A stretch of DNA of 64,000 nt, from NCBI RefSeq assembly GCF_963921235.1, contig NC_086108.1, forward strand, positions 54,438,001-54,502,000, given 5' to 3'. This document shows, piece by piece, positions 1 through 13,946 of the stretch. Source of the stretch: Mobula hypostoma (lineage: Eukaryota). Within the stretch, counting starts at the first letter, position 1, and the number at the start of each line of letters is the position of its first letter. A program made the position numbers and the translations under genes. Below the pieces are notes generated by a model. It worked only from the letters and a program-made list of their open reading frames with translations. It was not told the DNA's origin and made no database searches.

Positions 1-758
1 ATCATCCTCAACTAATACACAACAGGATCTTTATCATTTTAACTAATTCAGTAACATCTAAATTTGTGTTCTTCAATATTTTTAATTTATAGCATATGTA
101 GGAACTAGAACCAATGCTGTAGGGAGGAAAGAGAGAAAGAAAGCAGGATGAAATCTATTTATATTTCTCATATTTTGTTATGATATAGAAGCCAATCAAG
201 TTTACGTCAGCTCACAGAGAAATCCCATTTGTGCACTTATTTCCCAATGACCAATTCTCTCCTACCTCCCCATCAGCTTTCACACCTCTAGCTAACTCTC
301 ATGCCATCTACTACACTAGTGGTGATCAGCAGTAACCAATTAACCTGCCAACCAGCCTGTCTCAGGTGTGAGAGAAAATAAGGGAGTACACAGCAGGGAA
401 GCCACAGAATCACAAGAAGAACATGCAAACACCATCCAGACAATCTCAATGGTCTGGGCCCGAGTTAAGTTCCATGTGAATGGAGATCCTAGCACCACTG
501 GTGGTTGGAATGACTGTAAATGAAATGATGAGAGGATGGAGTGCACCTGACTCTGTAAAGTATTATGCAGAGATGGAGTTTCCTTGTAAATAAACTAACT
601 AGATTGGAAGGATTGACCATGGTTCTTCCCTTTGGACAGTCTGCAGTAAATTCAATGATTCATATATTTTAAGTCAAATGCAGAAGCTGAAAGCACAAAA
701 AATGAGTCATACTTGATGGTAAAAGTAAGTATCAAGGGGGAGCATATGCCACTAATTT

Positions 759-1157
759 AGAACATAGAACATAGAATAGTACAGCACATTACAGGCCCTT
801 CGGCCCACAATGTTGTGCCGACCCTCAAACCCTGCCTCCCATATAAGCCCCCACCTTAAATTCCTCCATATACCTGTCTAGTAGTCCCTTAAATTTCACT
901 AGTGTATCTGCCTCCACCACTGACTCAGGCAGTGCATTCCACGCACCAACCACTCTCTGAGTAAAAAACCTTCCTCTAATATCCCCCTTGAACTTCCCAT
1001 CCCCTACCTTAAAGCCATGTCCTCTTGTATTGAGCAGTGGTGCCCTGGGAAAGAGGCACTGGCTAGCCACCCCATCTATTCCTCTTATTATCCTGTACAC
1101 CTCTATCATGTCTCCTCTCATCCTCCTTCTCTCCAAAGAGTAAAGCCCTAGTTCCAT
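759..1157 (-). mobile_element. CR1-type LINE 3' fragment
   Basis: ORF LGLYSLERRRMRGDMIEVYRI...TRGH...FFTQRVVGAWNALP (CR1 ORF2 C-terminus) and TTCTATG-type tail. Confidence 0.9.
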
Positions 1158-3139
1158 TTCAGTGAATGGATTTCCCCTAGGGCATTGTGCTTTCTTATTT
1201 ACTTCATATTGCAGCTGGTTACATGTCAGGTTACAAAACCTGTAAGTGCTTGCTTACATGCTGCGGGGCTGTGTCAGGAGTGACCTATGGAGGATTGCTT
1301 CGAATACTTTCAGGCTTTCAGTCAAATTCTGTTAGCTTTCTCAGATAATTGTGCAGGAGCACAGGTCTCAAGCGAACGTGTCTAGTGGGCTAGGCACTCA
1401 GTATAAACTCAGCCCAGCTTTATGCTCTATTGGCTTAAAGACAAAAAGAGCACAAGTTCATTGCCCAACCCAAACACTAACACACAGCATGTATCAGGAT
1501 AAAACCAGAGATCTGATATTCTTGGAGGGTCAGTTCATCCAACTTTGTCCACTATAACTTATAATCTAGGAGACATAGAAATATGCTCTCAAATGTTTTT
1601 ATTTACGTGGCATTTTTCTTTCTTCCTCCCTCTCTCTCTCACACACACATACACACAAACAGAAAACACACGTATTCAAAACACTTTGCCGAGTTGAGAG
1701 GAAGTGGTTTCAACAAAAAAAAAGTTGCCACTTCCTCAAAATTGTAGCTTGCAAACAACACACCAAGAAACTAAGTAGCTTTATACAAGTAAAGTTCCCG
1801 TGGGCTAGATTCTCCCACTGTGGTTGTATGGAAGTTTACACTTTTGTGTAAAAGATTGTAAGGGTAAAACTAGTCTTTAACAGTAACACGTATGCAATTA
1901 CTGTATGTATATGTAAGTCAGCTTTACAACTAAACTGTTTTCCTTTGCATTGAAATTACATTGAAACCCTTTCAAACTTCATTGAAAACCTGAGTGAAAA
2001 ATACTACGTTACCATAAATCCTGCCTGCCCCCCATCTTTCTAGATCGCAAAGCATTCATCAAGGATTATTTCAAATATCTTCAAAAATGGGTACATTTAA
2101 AAATATCAAAATTATTCTGCACATCGCCAGTCTTAAATTTTTTTTAAAAATCAAAATAAATGGAAATAGTCTGAGAATCTGGAGATCAATGGTTCTGATT
2201 TGAATTCCCTGCACCGATAGAGTGAAGGACTGTCAACTAACTGAAATAAAAGTGCTATTTCCTGGTAGACTGGAGTTAGGAATAGGGATTTCAATCACAA
2301 CTCTAACACTATTTGATTGAACAGCAACTGGCAGTGAGTGATGTGAAGTTCAAAGAGTATTTCGTGCAGCAACAGACAGGAAAACTGACAGGTATATATT
2401 CTTAGAATAAAATTCAATGGCATTTTAGGGTCTGATGTCTACATTATATCTACAATAAATCTTTCCAAAGCCACTTATCATCTCCTGTTTCATGCTGAAC
2501 ACTGCATTTAATAGCACAGCTCAAAACCTTTTCCCAATTTGAATTTTTTCCCAATTACGCTCCAGCAAAAAGACACCATATTCAATATAATTCCTCATTC
2601 ACTCCACACCTCCAATATAGTGCCAACAAACACCTTTTTTCTATTATCCTTAATGTTTCAAAATATACCAAGACATCCCACATGAGTATTATTGAACAAA
2701 AACTAACATAAGACCCACATTGTGGCTACTAGGCAAATGACAGAGTTGGGTTTTATAACACATCTTAGAAGGCAAAATAAATTTGAGGCAGATAAAAAGA
2801 CTGGAGCTCAGGCCTTGGCATCTACTAATGGAGAGGAAATAAAATTCAAGAACAAGAGGACAGAATTAAAACACTGCAGAAATTTGGTAAGGCTGCAGAT
2901 TACTGAAACAGGACCCATGACCATAAGGCATTTGGAATTGGGGTAAGAAATGCAGTACTAAGGTATTGCTTAATTAGAAGTAAATTTGAGCCGAAGCAGT
3001 GGAAATGGATGAAAACTGCAACACAGAGATGGCAGTGTTTAGGACGAACTCATATTAAACCCAAATAAAAATGACTTGACCAACAAACCTCATTCTAATT
3101 ACTTTTTCCTCTTCATTGATCAATTTATACCACCATATT

Positions 3140-4760
3140 TAAGTGTGTTGACAACACCATTGCCGCTGGCCAAATCAAAGGTGGTGACGAATCAGCATAT
3201 AGAAGGGAGACTGAAATTCTGGCTGAGTGGTGTCGTAACCACATCTCACTCAATGTCAGCAAGACCAAGGAACTGATTATAGACTTCAGGAGCTGGAAAC
3301 CGGAGGTCTATGACCCAGTCCTCACCAGGATCAGAGGTGGAGAGGGTTAGCAACTTTAAATTCTTGGACCCAGCAAGTAAGTGCAATTATGAAGAAAGCA
3401 CCGCAGAGTCTCTATATCCTCAGGAGTTTGTGGAGATTTGGCATGGCATGTAAAGCTTTGACAAACTTCTACAGTTGAGTGGTGAAGAGCACCATGGCCA
3501 GGTGTAGAAACACCAAAGCCCTTGAACAGAAGAAGCCAACAAAAAGTAGTGGATATGGCCCAGTCCATCATGCTTAAAGCCCTCCCCACCATTGAACACA
3601 TCTACACAGAAAACTGTCGTAGGAAAGCATCATCGATTATCAAAGCCCCCCGCCATCCTGTCATGTTCTCTTCCCCCTGCTGCCATCAGGAAGGTGGTAC
3701 AGGAGCCTCAGCTCCAGGTTCTGGAACTGTTATTACCCCTCAACTATTAGATTCTTGAACCAAAGGGGATAATTTCACTCAACTTCACTTGTCCCATCAT
3801 TGAACTGTACCCACAACCTATGGACTCACTTTCCAGGACTCTCCACCTCATATTCTCAATATTATTTTGCTGATTTATTATTATCATCTCAGCTCAAGTT
3901 GGTAAACCTGAGGTACGGGCATAACCAAGAACGCTCATTTGTCAATTGCTAAGAACTTTTGGACTATTCTAGTGGTGTTTAGTACTGTGGCTTTCTGAAG
4001 ATTTACATAGATATTACTGTTTGTTTAATGCCTTCATTGGTTAATGCTATGTGTAATGCCTTTGGGATGATACCAGATGCAGATATTACTTCAGGACAAT
4101 ATACACCTGGCTCATGTTCCAAGGACTTTCAATTTCCTCTTTTAATTCAGCATACTTATGGTGTTTTTATTGACTTCTGTATGTTATATGTGCTTGGAAT
4201 GGCTATATCTATTAAATAAGTTGTTCTTGCTTGTTTATCCCGTATTAGTATATCCAGAGAGTTATTATGGACTGTCTTATCTGTAATAACTGATCAGTCA
4301 TATTATAATTTGTGGTCTTCTGATTCTAAAACTGGATCAGGCTTGTATTTACAGCAAGGTGTGATTTCATTTTTGAGTTTGTATTTTAAAGCAAGATTTT
4401 GATGAACGATGTTTGCAACTTCATTGTTCCTGTGTAAGTAATCAGATTGCGTAAAACTGCTACAAGATCCTGTAATGTGTTGGATTGTTTCTGTTTTTTT
4501 TGGCATTTTCTACACTTAGCATCTTGAATTTATTGGGTCTTTTATTATGTATTTTTGATACGTTTTTTGTGTTTTTTTCTTTTTGTCTTTGCACTGTTTG
4601 CTGCCCTATGAACATTGATTGTTTGACTGTCCTGTTGGGAACTGTCTTTCATTGATTCTATTGTGTTTCTTGTAATTACTGTGAATGCCCACTGGAAAAT
4701 AAATCTCCGTGTTGCATTTGGTTACAAACATGTACTTTGATAATTACTTTGAACTTTGAA
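3140..4760 (+). mobile_element. Rex1/Babar-like LINE 3' fragment, interrupted by a Dong/R4-like insert
   Basis: Degenerate RT C-terminus (nucleotide match to the LNVSKTKELIIDFR-type segment; ORF ...QKVVDMAQSI...); tactttgataat...tttgaactttga tail near 4730-4760. Confidence 0.75.
3885..4570 (-). mobile_element. R4/Dong-like non-LTR retrotransposon 3' fragment (CCHC knuckle + restriction-like endonuclease)
   Basis: ETIQHITGSC...YLHRNNEVANIVHQNLA...PVLES motif; downstream degenerate YLIDIAIP and QKATVLNTTRIV; 3' end abuts a (TTA)n run. Confidence 0.75.
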
Positions 4761-5164
4761 TTAGCTTTGCAGGCTATATTCAACCAACCTTCCACACCAG
4801 TAAGATTACAGGGTCCATTTATTCATTATTCATTTTTCTATTCTCAAAGCCCAAATCTTACCTTACTCTGGGAAGCAAAGTCCTAAAAATGACAGTACCC
4901 AGGAGACCCGTTTATGAGTGTTACATTTCTTTAATTACAGCAAGCTCATGTAGGCATGTAGTTACTATTCAAATAAACAGTGCATTTTATTTCTTCATTT
5001 GTGTATTCTTAATGGATAAGAGGAGCCCTTTGTTTAGATGATTGTCTAGCATTGATAAATAATGACTGTTAAATTTAAATATTGCAGACCTCACAAAATC
5101 TGGTAAAGGACAAATGGGAAAAGCAAACCTATTAAGAACAGTTGGAGCTAGCACTTGCAGTTGG

Positions 5165-6600
5165 AATTCAAACCTGGCAAGTGGGAAATAATGCATTTTA
5201 GGAAGTCAAATCGAGGCAGGGCATTTACAGTCAACAACAAGGAACGTTGATGAACAGAGGGACATCGAACATTGAACTGCACAGCACAGAACAACCCCTT
5301 TGGCCTACGGTGTTGTGCTGACCTTTTAACAAAATTAATCTAATCCTTCCCTCCTGCATATCCATGTGCCCAAGAATCTCTTAAGCGTCCTTCAGGTACC
5401 TGCCTCTACCACCATCCCTGGTAACACAATCCATGCACCCACCACTCTGTGTTTAAAATGAAAACTACTTCGGACATAATCCCACACAGAATGCTGGAGG
5501 AACTCAGCATGCTGTACATATTTTTCCATAGCAGGCCAGGCAGCATCTATGGAAAAAAAGTACAATTGACATTTCGGGCATCTCTGCCTGTTGAGTTCCT
5601 CCAGCATTTTGTGTGTTATTTGGATTTCCAGCATCTGCAGGTTTTCTCTTGTTTCTGACATAATGCAATCACTCTAAAATTATGCCTCCTTGTATTAGCT
5701 ACTTCCTTCCTTGGAAAAAAGGCACCGACTGTCCACTCTAGCAATGCCTCTCATTATCTTATATACATTACTCAAGCCAACTTTCATCCTCCTTCACTCC
5801 AAAAAGAAAAACCCTAGCTCGCTCAGCCTATAAGACATGCTCTCTAATTCAGGCAGCATCCTGGTAAATTTCCTCTGCACCCTCTCTAAAGCTTCTACAC
5901 TCTTCCTCTAATGAGACAACCAGAACCGAGCACAACACTCCAGTGGACCTTGGACCTCAAGCCCATAGTTCACTGGGGTGGAAATACAGATGGAAGGATG
6001 GCAAAGGCACCCATTTGGTATGCTTACCTTCATAGCGTGGGACACAGAATATAAAATTAAAAATGTTACATAATACTGGTTAGACCCCTCTTAGAGTATA
6101 GTGAGCAGCTCTAGTTGCCACATCTTAGGAGGGATGTGATTGTGCTAGAATTGGTAGAGAGGAGATTCACTAAGATGCAGCCTGGATTGACGGAGTTGAG
6201 TTCTGGTGAGACATTAGATAGTCTAGTCTTGTTTTCCCTGCAGCAAAGGATGTTGAGGTATGACCTGAAAGAGGTATACAAAACTCACAAGAGGTATAGG
6301 ATCGGGCAAGGAGTCATAATATTTATCCTGTGCTTAGAATATCAAGAACAAGGTGGCACAAATTCAAGGGAAAGGAATTCTGAAGGGGATTTGGGGGGAG
6401 GGTTGTTTTCCACAAAAATAGTTGAAATTGTACTGTGGAGGTGGTGAAATAAACACAATTACTAACTTTCAGAGAATTTTGGGTGGGCACCTCACCAGCA
6501 AGGCGCAGAAAAATATGGGCCTAGTGTAGGGGAATGAGCAAAGTGTCACACTGGTGTGGTAGGCCAAAGAGCCTGTTCAGCGCCGTGCAATACGACTGAA
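5165..6600. mobile_element. Cluster of degraded CR1 fragments in both orientations
   Basis: ORFs with HRVVGAWIVLP and LELVERRFTKMQPGL...SLQQRMLRYDLKEVYK. Confidence 0.75.
5481..5656 (+). mobile_element. Short Penelope-like fold-back remnant with TSD gacataat (5473-5480 / 5657-5664)
   Basis: atgctggaggaactca...tgagttcctccagcat inverted arms; same terminal sequence as the other PLE copies. Confidence 0.7.
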
Positions 6601-7044
6601 GAAAAACATCATCAACCGATAAATGGTCTTCGAACTTGACACCAAAACTCACGAATTGTTCTGCACTCAACGTGATCTCATGTACAGCACTCACAAGCCC
6701 CAATGGCCCTCTAGCTGTAATTATAGCGCAAACAGAAATAAACTAACACATGAAATGAAGTGGTAGTACAAACTTTTTTTCAAAGTCTCATATTTAGTCA
6801 CAACAATTAAAATGGGAGTGGCTAAATTAAAATAAAATTCTTCGCAACTACAAAAGAGTGAAGGAGCAACCCATTCCCATTGCTACTTCGTTAACACTTG
6901 GCAGATATTGACTAGTGTGGGCATCAGACAATTGGGTTTCTAAACTGAATATTTTACCAGTACGTATGCTCCTGAGCTGCCACAACAGCTCTCATACAGG
7001 AAGCAATGTACTGGGAAGAGATGAGAAATTATGACTCACAGTAC

Positions 7045-7399
7045 CTCTTTCAGTATGCGTCTCCACATAATTCCCATACTTCCTGTGATCATCACTTCAT
7101 GTTCTTTCTCCTTCTGTTCCTTCTCAATAGGCTCATAGCTGGTCATCAAGCGTTCATTTTCTGCTGAGATCAATAGGCTTGTTGGCTTAAATATTTCCGC
7201 TCCAAAATTCTTAGTCAGGGATTCCAGGGTTGCTAGGTACTTGACTTTGAGGTCATGAGGAGATACGTTGCTATCGCACACTGTCTTATTGTTGAACTCT
7301 TTCAGGAAATTTTTGAAGACGTTATTGATTCGACACCTGGTCAGGATGTTTCGCTGTTTGATACTTGAATTCAGTGTCTCGGGAATGTAATTCTTGTAA
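7045..7399 (-). CDS. JAK1: JAK1 coding exon (355 nt), [61 protein letters not shown]...MWRRILKE
   Basis: JAK1-specific [26 protein letters not shown] motif; ttttcag|T acceptor; GAG|gtactg donor gives phase 0. Confidence 0.95.
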
Positions 7400-8159
7400 C
7401 TGAAAAAAACAAGACAGTGTCACCTCACAATAGCATGCTACCTTGTACTTGAATGATGTTTCTGCAAAGGAAAAAATGCAATTAGCTTGGCAAATCCCTT
7501 TTATTTTAAATTGGATTTAAGGAACTCTTCCAATAATTGCCCTATAAAATGTACTTCTTGTCCAAATTAATTCAACATCCCATGAGGTTTAATAACAGTG
7601 CCCCAAACCCTATAGAAATCCATCCCAGAAGCATTGGAATGCCTTTACAGTGGTAGTGTTGGAAGAACTCTATGATAATGCCAACCTCAGCAACCATCTC
7701 CATCTGGGAATGCTACTTATTGTTCCCTCCCCTCTGCACACTTGTTGAATATTGCACCAAAAAGAAAAAAAACTATCGGATTTGTACTGGCAGTCTACGC
7801 TCCCAAGTTTCATAGAAAATAGTGGCTGGAGAAGCCATTCAGTTTAAGTCCAAGTTTCAACGTGATCATGATGATCATGGTTGATTATCCACTTTAATAC
7901 TCTGTTCGTGCCTTCCCTCCAAACTCTTCGACCACTCAAGCATCAAGAAACACATCTAGAGTCATAGAGGAGAGAACAGGTCTACACTGTAATCAGGAAC
8001 CCTTTGAAATTAATCCCATTTATTTTCTCTATCTTCCCAACAACTCCTCCTAGATTCCACTACTCACAAGCACTCGAAACAATTTTACTGTTACTAAGCC
8101 ACCCACCAACCACTTGTCTTTGGAATGTGAGACAAACGGAAGCATCCAGGGGAAACCCT

Positions 8160-8227
8160 CATGGTCCTACCAACCTAATCTATCTTCATGCATCATGGTC
8201 CTACCAACCTAATCTATCTTCATGCAC
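8160..8227. repeat. 34-bp tandem duplication
   Basis: catggtcctaccaacctaatctatcttcatgca(t/c) x2. Confidence 0.9.
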
Positions 8228-8269
8228 CAGTACACAAATCCTCAGTTGAAGTGTGACCAAAGAGCAAGG

Positions 8270-9240
8270 CCTTGTTCCTGTATGCAAACCCCTTACAATG
8301 AAGGCCACCATGTCATAGGTCTCCCTATTCCTTGCTACACCTGAATGCTTGCTTTCAGTCACTGGTGTACAAGGACACATTTCATCTTCCCCTTTTCCAA
8401 TCTATCATCATTCAGCTCATCTGCCTTTCTGTTTAATCTCATATTAATCCATGCTTTATTTATCATTTTACCAGTTACACAACTTGTCAAAGTCACAATG
8501 GAACCCCTTTCCACTCACCTCTACTCACATTCCATTCAACCCAATTTTATGTCATTTCCAAACTTGGAAACATTACATGTATTTCCCTCAGCCAAATCAA
8601 TGGCATATGTTGTGAATAGCAGGGTCCCAGTCACTGCCTGCCACCTAGAAATAGCAATGATTATTCCTACTATCTATTTATTGTATATTAATCATTTCTC
8701 AATCCTTGATTAATATATTACCTTCAATATCACACCAACCTCTATGAGGCCTTATCAAAAGTCTATTAGAAGTCTAAATACACCACATCCACTTGCTTAT
8801 CCATTCTACTTGTTATCTTCTCAAAATAAACTCCAATAGATTGGTTTAATATGATTTTCCTGTCATAATAACATGTTGACACTTTCTAATCCCATTAAAG
8901 TGCTTTGCTACTAGCTTCTCTAAAATGGCTCCAGCATTTCAGTACCTCTGACATTAGTGATCTTTGCCCCCCTTCTTTTTCTTTAAGGACTGGGGTTTTG
9001 TTTGTCACCCTCCAGAACCACTTCAGAGTCTAAAGAATTTAAGGATGACCATCTGTGCATTGACTACTTGGGATGTAGATTATCAGGCTCTAGGTATTTG
9101 GTCAGCCTACAGCCCCATTAATTTCCCAGGTATTATTTCTACTCTAATACTTTTCCATCTGTTCCTCCCACTCACTGCACTCTTGGTTCACCTACATATC
9201 TGGGAGGTTAATTAGGTATTTTGCTGTGAAGACAGAATCA
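8270..9240 (-). mobile_element. Old degraded CR1 LINE
   Basis: Patchy similarity to the CR1 at 60880-64000 (RT region). Confidence 0.55.
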
Positions 9241-10984
9241 TACACGCCTCCTTCAAGTGGATGAAAGGAACTACCTCACTGTAATGAAGAAGAAAAAAAA
9301 TGAAGACAATCTTAAAAGTAACACTAAAAGTCCACTGGAAATTGAAAATGAAAATACATCTGACTAATAATTGTACTGAATTCATATGGCAGAAGAGCTT
9401 TCAAGATCATCCAGGCTGAGATTTTTTGTAGAGCTCCATGATAAAAGCTCTGATTGAAGGAAGCTTTCTGTAGCTGATGCCTACTTGGAAAGCACTTCTT
9501 TGTCTGTGCCCTTTGGCAGCTATACCCATAACCACACTGTGGATGGTGCTGATTGGCCGCTCTAATTTCCCATCTTCACTTGGGAACACAATAGGCTTAA
9601 AATAATAAAAAATGGAACTGACGATGAAACAATTCAGACAATAGCAGCTGGGTGATACGGGGTAATGGGAAGCAGACTGAAATAAAATCTACCACAAAAA
9701 AAGAATCAGTTTTAGCCTGCATCGGGCAGGAAACTGTTGCAGCAGACTAGCTATCCATTATACAGACTTTGCTCTTCTCCATTGTACATCTGATATGTGT
9801 TCAAACACAGTTCAGTAAAAAGCTGGACATGCATAAATAACCCTGGACAGAAACACTGTCCATTGCGTACCCCACTACAGTTGGCAGTTTCTCATGTGTT
9901 CTAAATAAAACGCCCAACCTTTCATCATATCAATCTGTCTGCAGAGTTTTTTTTTGGAGTCTGGGAGCCTTCACTGTGTAAATCATTCCCGTTAGTGGGA
10001 CTCTGCATTATTAACTCAGAGGTACTGGAGATTAAAGAAATGTCATTTAAACTAATTCATCTATTCAATACATCTAATTAATAGAAAGTGACACTGTAAC
10101 TTTATTTGAAATCTCCCATCTAACACAACAGTTTACTTCTGAAGGATTTCAGTTGTGAATAACTGAACATTAGGGAGGCAGCAATCAGAAAATGAAATAT
10201 TCCCAATCTATTCTTCAATTTCTCTCTGTGCAAAAACAGCTATTTGTCCTTGAAATCATAGGTTATTCATGTGAGTTAAGACAAGTGGATATGACAATAG
10301 TAATTCACTTGCTAGTAAGTTAATTTTGGAATGAGAATCAGGTTTATTATCACCGGCATGTGTCATGGAATTAGTTAACTTAGCAGCAGTAGTACAATGC
10401 AATGTATGATAATTTAGAAGTAAGGGGTTAACTCCTTAAAAACTTAAATGTTGTATCCTTCATAAGTAGAAATTTAAAAAATCAACGTGTTAGTTTGTAA
10501 ATTGCTCACAGCCACTGTATTGCAAAGCCTTTTAGTCTTCCTTTGTGGTTGCAAACAGAAAACAGAGACCAGGATCCTTGTGGTATGTAGAAAGACCGAA
10601 ACCATTGCAATTAATTGCTTTGTTGGACACCTTCTGTAACTGTGGTGGCCAATGAACATATTGGGAGGTCAATGTTGTTTAGTTTTTAGGAGTTCTCCCC
10701 ATCAGTCACCTGACTGGTATTTAACTGAGAAAACCTACATAGTGTGAAGCAACCTGTCAACAGGAAAATAAGGTTTTGTGGACAGGAAATGTGTAAAAGC
10801 ATTGCACGAATTCCAGTAACAAAATTGGCAGTCAGATAAAATCGCGCAAAGAGTTGAGGAAAGAACAAGGGTTAGATCAGAACATTATAAGAATGGATTC
10901 AAAAACAATTAAATACTGTACATTTCCAGCAGGAGAAAGACTGAAGGATTTACAGCAAAAATAGATCAAGGTGACTGCAGTCAA

Positions 10985-11362
10985 CTGTAAAAATAGTTAT
11001 TGAAGCAGCAGAGATGTGGTTTTCGAGGAGGATGCAAAGAATATCATGGACGAAACGAATATCTCTTGAGGATGTCATGAACAGAGCAAGCACAAAAAGA
11101 GAAATAGTGTATGAGATCACGAAAAGACAACATAACTTCATTGGACATGTGATTAGGAAAGAGGAGTTAGAATGCACGGTAATTATGGGAAAGATTGAAG
11201 GGAAGAAAGCAAGAGGAAGGGAAAGACAAATGATGATGGAAAAAGCAGCCAGAGAACTGGAAATGAATACCAAAGAATTGATCCACTTGACCCGAAACAG
11301 GAGTATGTGGGCCATGGCAGTCAAAGCTCAGACTGGGCACGGCACCTGAAGATGATGATGAT
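10985..11362 (+). mobile_element. RTE-clade LINE 3' fragment with (GAT)n tail
   Basis: EAAEMWFSRRMQRISWT...FIGHVIRKEELE...GKIEGKKARGR. Confidence 0.85.
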
Positions 11363-11507
11363 TGAATCTCATGACCATTTCCCATTTTTAATGTTTACAT
11401 ACTTTCTTCACTCTGAGAATAATTCTCAAAGAGAGTATACTACATAACAAATTACATTCCAAAATAGTATTGCCTTTTGCTCTACTCCTAAGCAATCACA
11501 ATCTCAC

Positions 11508-11671
11508 CTCATTTCCTTGGAGATCTCTTGCAATGGGATTTTGCGGTTAAGAGCCTGATGAGTCATGGCCAGGACAGCCATCCCCAGACACTCATTCTCT
11601 ATCTCGTGAAATTCAGTTTCACTGTTGGGATCTCGAACAGGTGCCAAGCCTTTAATCAAATCATACTGCCC
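11508..11671 (-). CDS. JAK1: JAK1 coding exon (164 nt), [54 protein letters not shown]
   Basis: Matches JAK1 GQYDLVK...[12 protein letters not shown]; tttag|GGG acceptor; AG|gtgag donor; phases 0 to 2. Confidence 0.97.
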
Positions 11672-12939
11672 CTAAAGTAAGAAGACAGTTATAAGCTTCA
11701 ACCAAACATTGCACTTTGGCATGATTTTCATAACTACATTTTGCCCAGAGGACCATCACTCCCTGAATTAAAAAATGACTGCAGAAGCTGAAAGTCTGAA
11801 ACAAAGACAGAAAGTGCAGAAAGTGCTAGAAAAACTCAGCAACCTCACCACCAGGAACATGCCCTGGATCGTGACACCTTTGGACTCCCCCCCCCCACCA
11901 TCTGGAGCGTGCCCTCTTCTCATTACCACCGTCAGGATGGAGTACAGGAGCTGAATGACTCATATTAACTGATTTAGGAAAAGCTCCTTCATCTACGCAA
12001 TCAGATTTCTGAATGACCCACAAACACCACCTTGTTATTCCTTTCTTTTTGCACTTCACTTATCTTTATAATTTATAGATTTTTATGTCTTTGCACTGTA
12101 TGTGGTGGAGCACTGCGGGAGGGGTGTGTAACGGGTGGCAGAGAAGTAGTGCCAGGGTGGGAGGGGTGGTGTGAGTGTAGACACACCCAGCCCTGAGACA
12201 TCAGGCAAGGTCATTTGACTCCAAACAATTGGTTTATTGATCATTACAGAATGACTCTCTAGTGTTTCTAACTCTCTTCCCATTCTCAGTCCACAATAGA
12301 GACCCGTAGCAAAACCACGTTTATCATTATTCACATATGTCATGAAATTAATTTTTTTTTAGTAGCAGCAGTACAGTATTTTACATAAAATTACTACAGT
12401 ACTATGTAAAAGTCTCAGGCACCCTAGCTATATGCATGTGCACAGTACTGTCTGTGAACATAAATCTAATCTTGATTCATCCAATACTTTGGATACGCAG
12501 CCTTTGATGAAACTGGGCAAGTGAGGGATGCAAATTCATTTTCTGTAGGAGGGAAGGCGGGGCAGAAATATGTAGAATAAAGGGAGTGCCAGTGTTAAGA
12601 TGAGTCAAAATGGCTTAATAGGGACAGTTCTTGGTTCACCACGTTTCTAGTTTCTAGGTCTATGTAATGAGTTGCTCAGGTGGGAGGACACCCAGCAGGC
12701 TAGACTTAAGCATGGGGTTGGGGGGGGTGGGGGGGAGGCTGAAAATAAGGAGTGCTGGAAAAGCTAATCAGATCAGGGAGCATCTGTGCAAAATGAATCA
12801 GTTAATGATTCAGATGAGGGACCCTTTGTCAGACCTGAGAAAAGGGCAGCATAAAATAGTCTTGGGCAGCTGTGCAGTGAAACCAATTCGACAGGCCAGA
12901 CAATATTCTGTACACAGAAAGGAAAAGAGAAAAGGATGG

Positions 12940-13090
12940 CAGTCATAAAAGGTTCATTCCTACAGACAAAGAGCAAGTGTTCTGCAAAGTGATCACCCAA
13001 TATGCATTTGTTTTCCCCATTTTAGTGTTAATCTTGTGACTTCCTCTAAATGTAGTAGTCTAGAACAGAAGTTGCTTCACCTGGAAGAAT
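12940..13090 (-). mobile_element. Degraded Penelope-like GIY-YIG endonuclease fragment
   Basis: GENKCILGDHFAEHL resembles the PLE GETRRRLGDRFAEHL motif. Confidence 0.55.
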
Positions 13091-13094
13091 GCAT

Positions 13095-13630
13095 TGATAT
13101 TGATGTATTATTCTCATGTACCAAGACGCAGTGAAAAGTTTATCTTGCATAATCTTTGTACAGATCAAACAATTATACGGTGCTTTGAGTTAGAATAAGG
13201 TAAAACAATAACAATGCAGAATCAAATGTAACAGCTACCAAAGGAGTGCAGTGCAGGTAAACGATAAAGAGCAAGATCATAACAAGGTCGATTGTGAGGC
13301 CAAGAGTCCATCTAATCATACAAGAGGTCCTTTTAAGAAACTGATAGCACTGGAGCAGAAGCTGTCCTTGTGCCTGGTTGTGTGTGCTTTCAGATTTTCC
13401 TATCTTCTGCCCAGTGGGAGATGGAGAAGAGAGATGTCCATGGTGGATGGGTTCTCAAATGATACTGGCTGCATTACTGAGGGCAGCAAGAAAAATAGAC
13501 AGAGTCCATGTTGGGAGACTGGTTGCTGTGACGTGCTGAACTCCGGCCACAAATCTTTGCCGTTTCTTGCAGTCGCGTGCAGATATTATGCATCCAGACA
13601 GAATGCTTTCTGTGATAAAAATTGCTAAGG
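13095..13630 (-). mobile_element. Rex1/Babar-like LINE 3' fragment
   Basis: ITESILSGCI...RLQRFV..QHVTATSLP motif. Confidence 0.65.
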
Positions 13631-13946
13631 ATTGAGGGAGAAATGTCTGAGGAATTAGAGGCATTTGCGTCCCTATATGTTGGTAAAAGAAATGGTAACA
13701 GGACAGATATTGCACCTCCTTCATGCAATTGCAAGGGAAAATACCATAGGATAATGGAGCAGGAGTCAAGGACAGAAGAGCAGACCAGGGAATCGTAAAG
13801 TGAATCTACGGAATGCAAAAAGGGAAGAAGGGGCAATACGAGTCTAGAGCTCGAATCTTGTTTGAGCTAGTGGAAATGATCATGAATAATCAACGACTTG
13901 GACAATTCATGATTCTTTCAGTGAATCATGACAATAACTGCTAATA

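Noticed and set aside
1..7030. Next JAK1 exon (W..F..FPEITHIVI-type motif)
   Set aside because: Could not find it by eye on the minus strand; probably lies left of the window.
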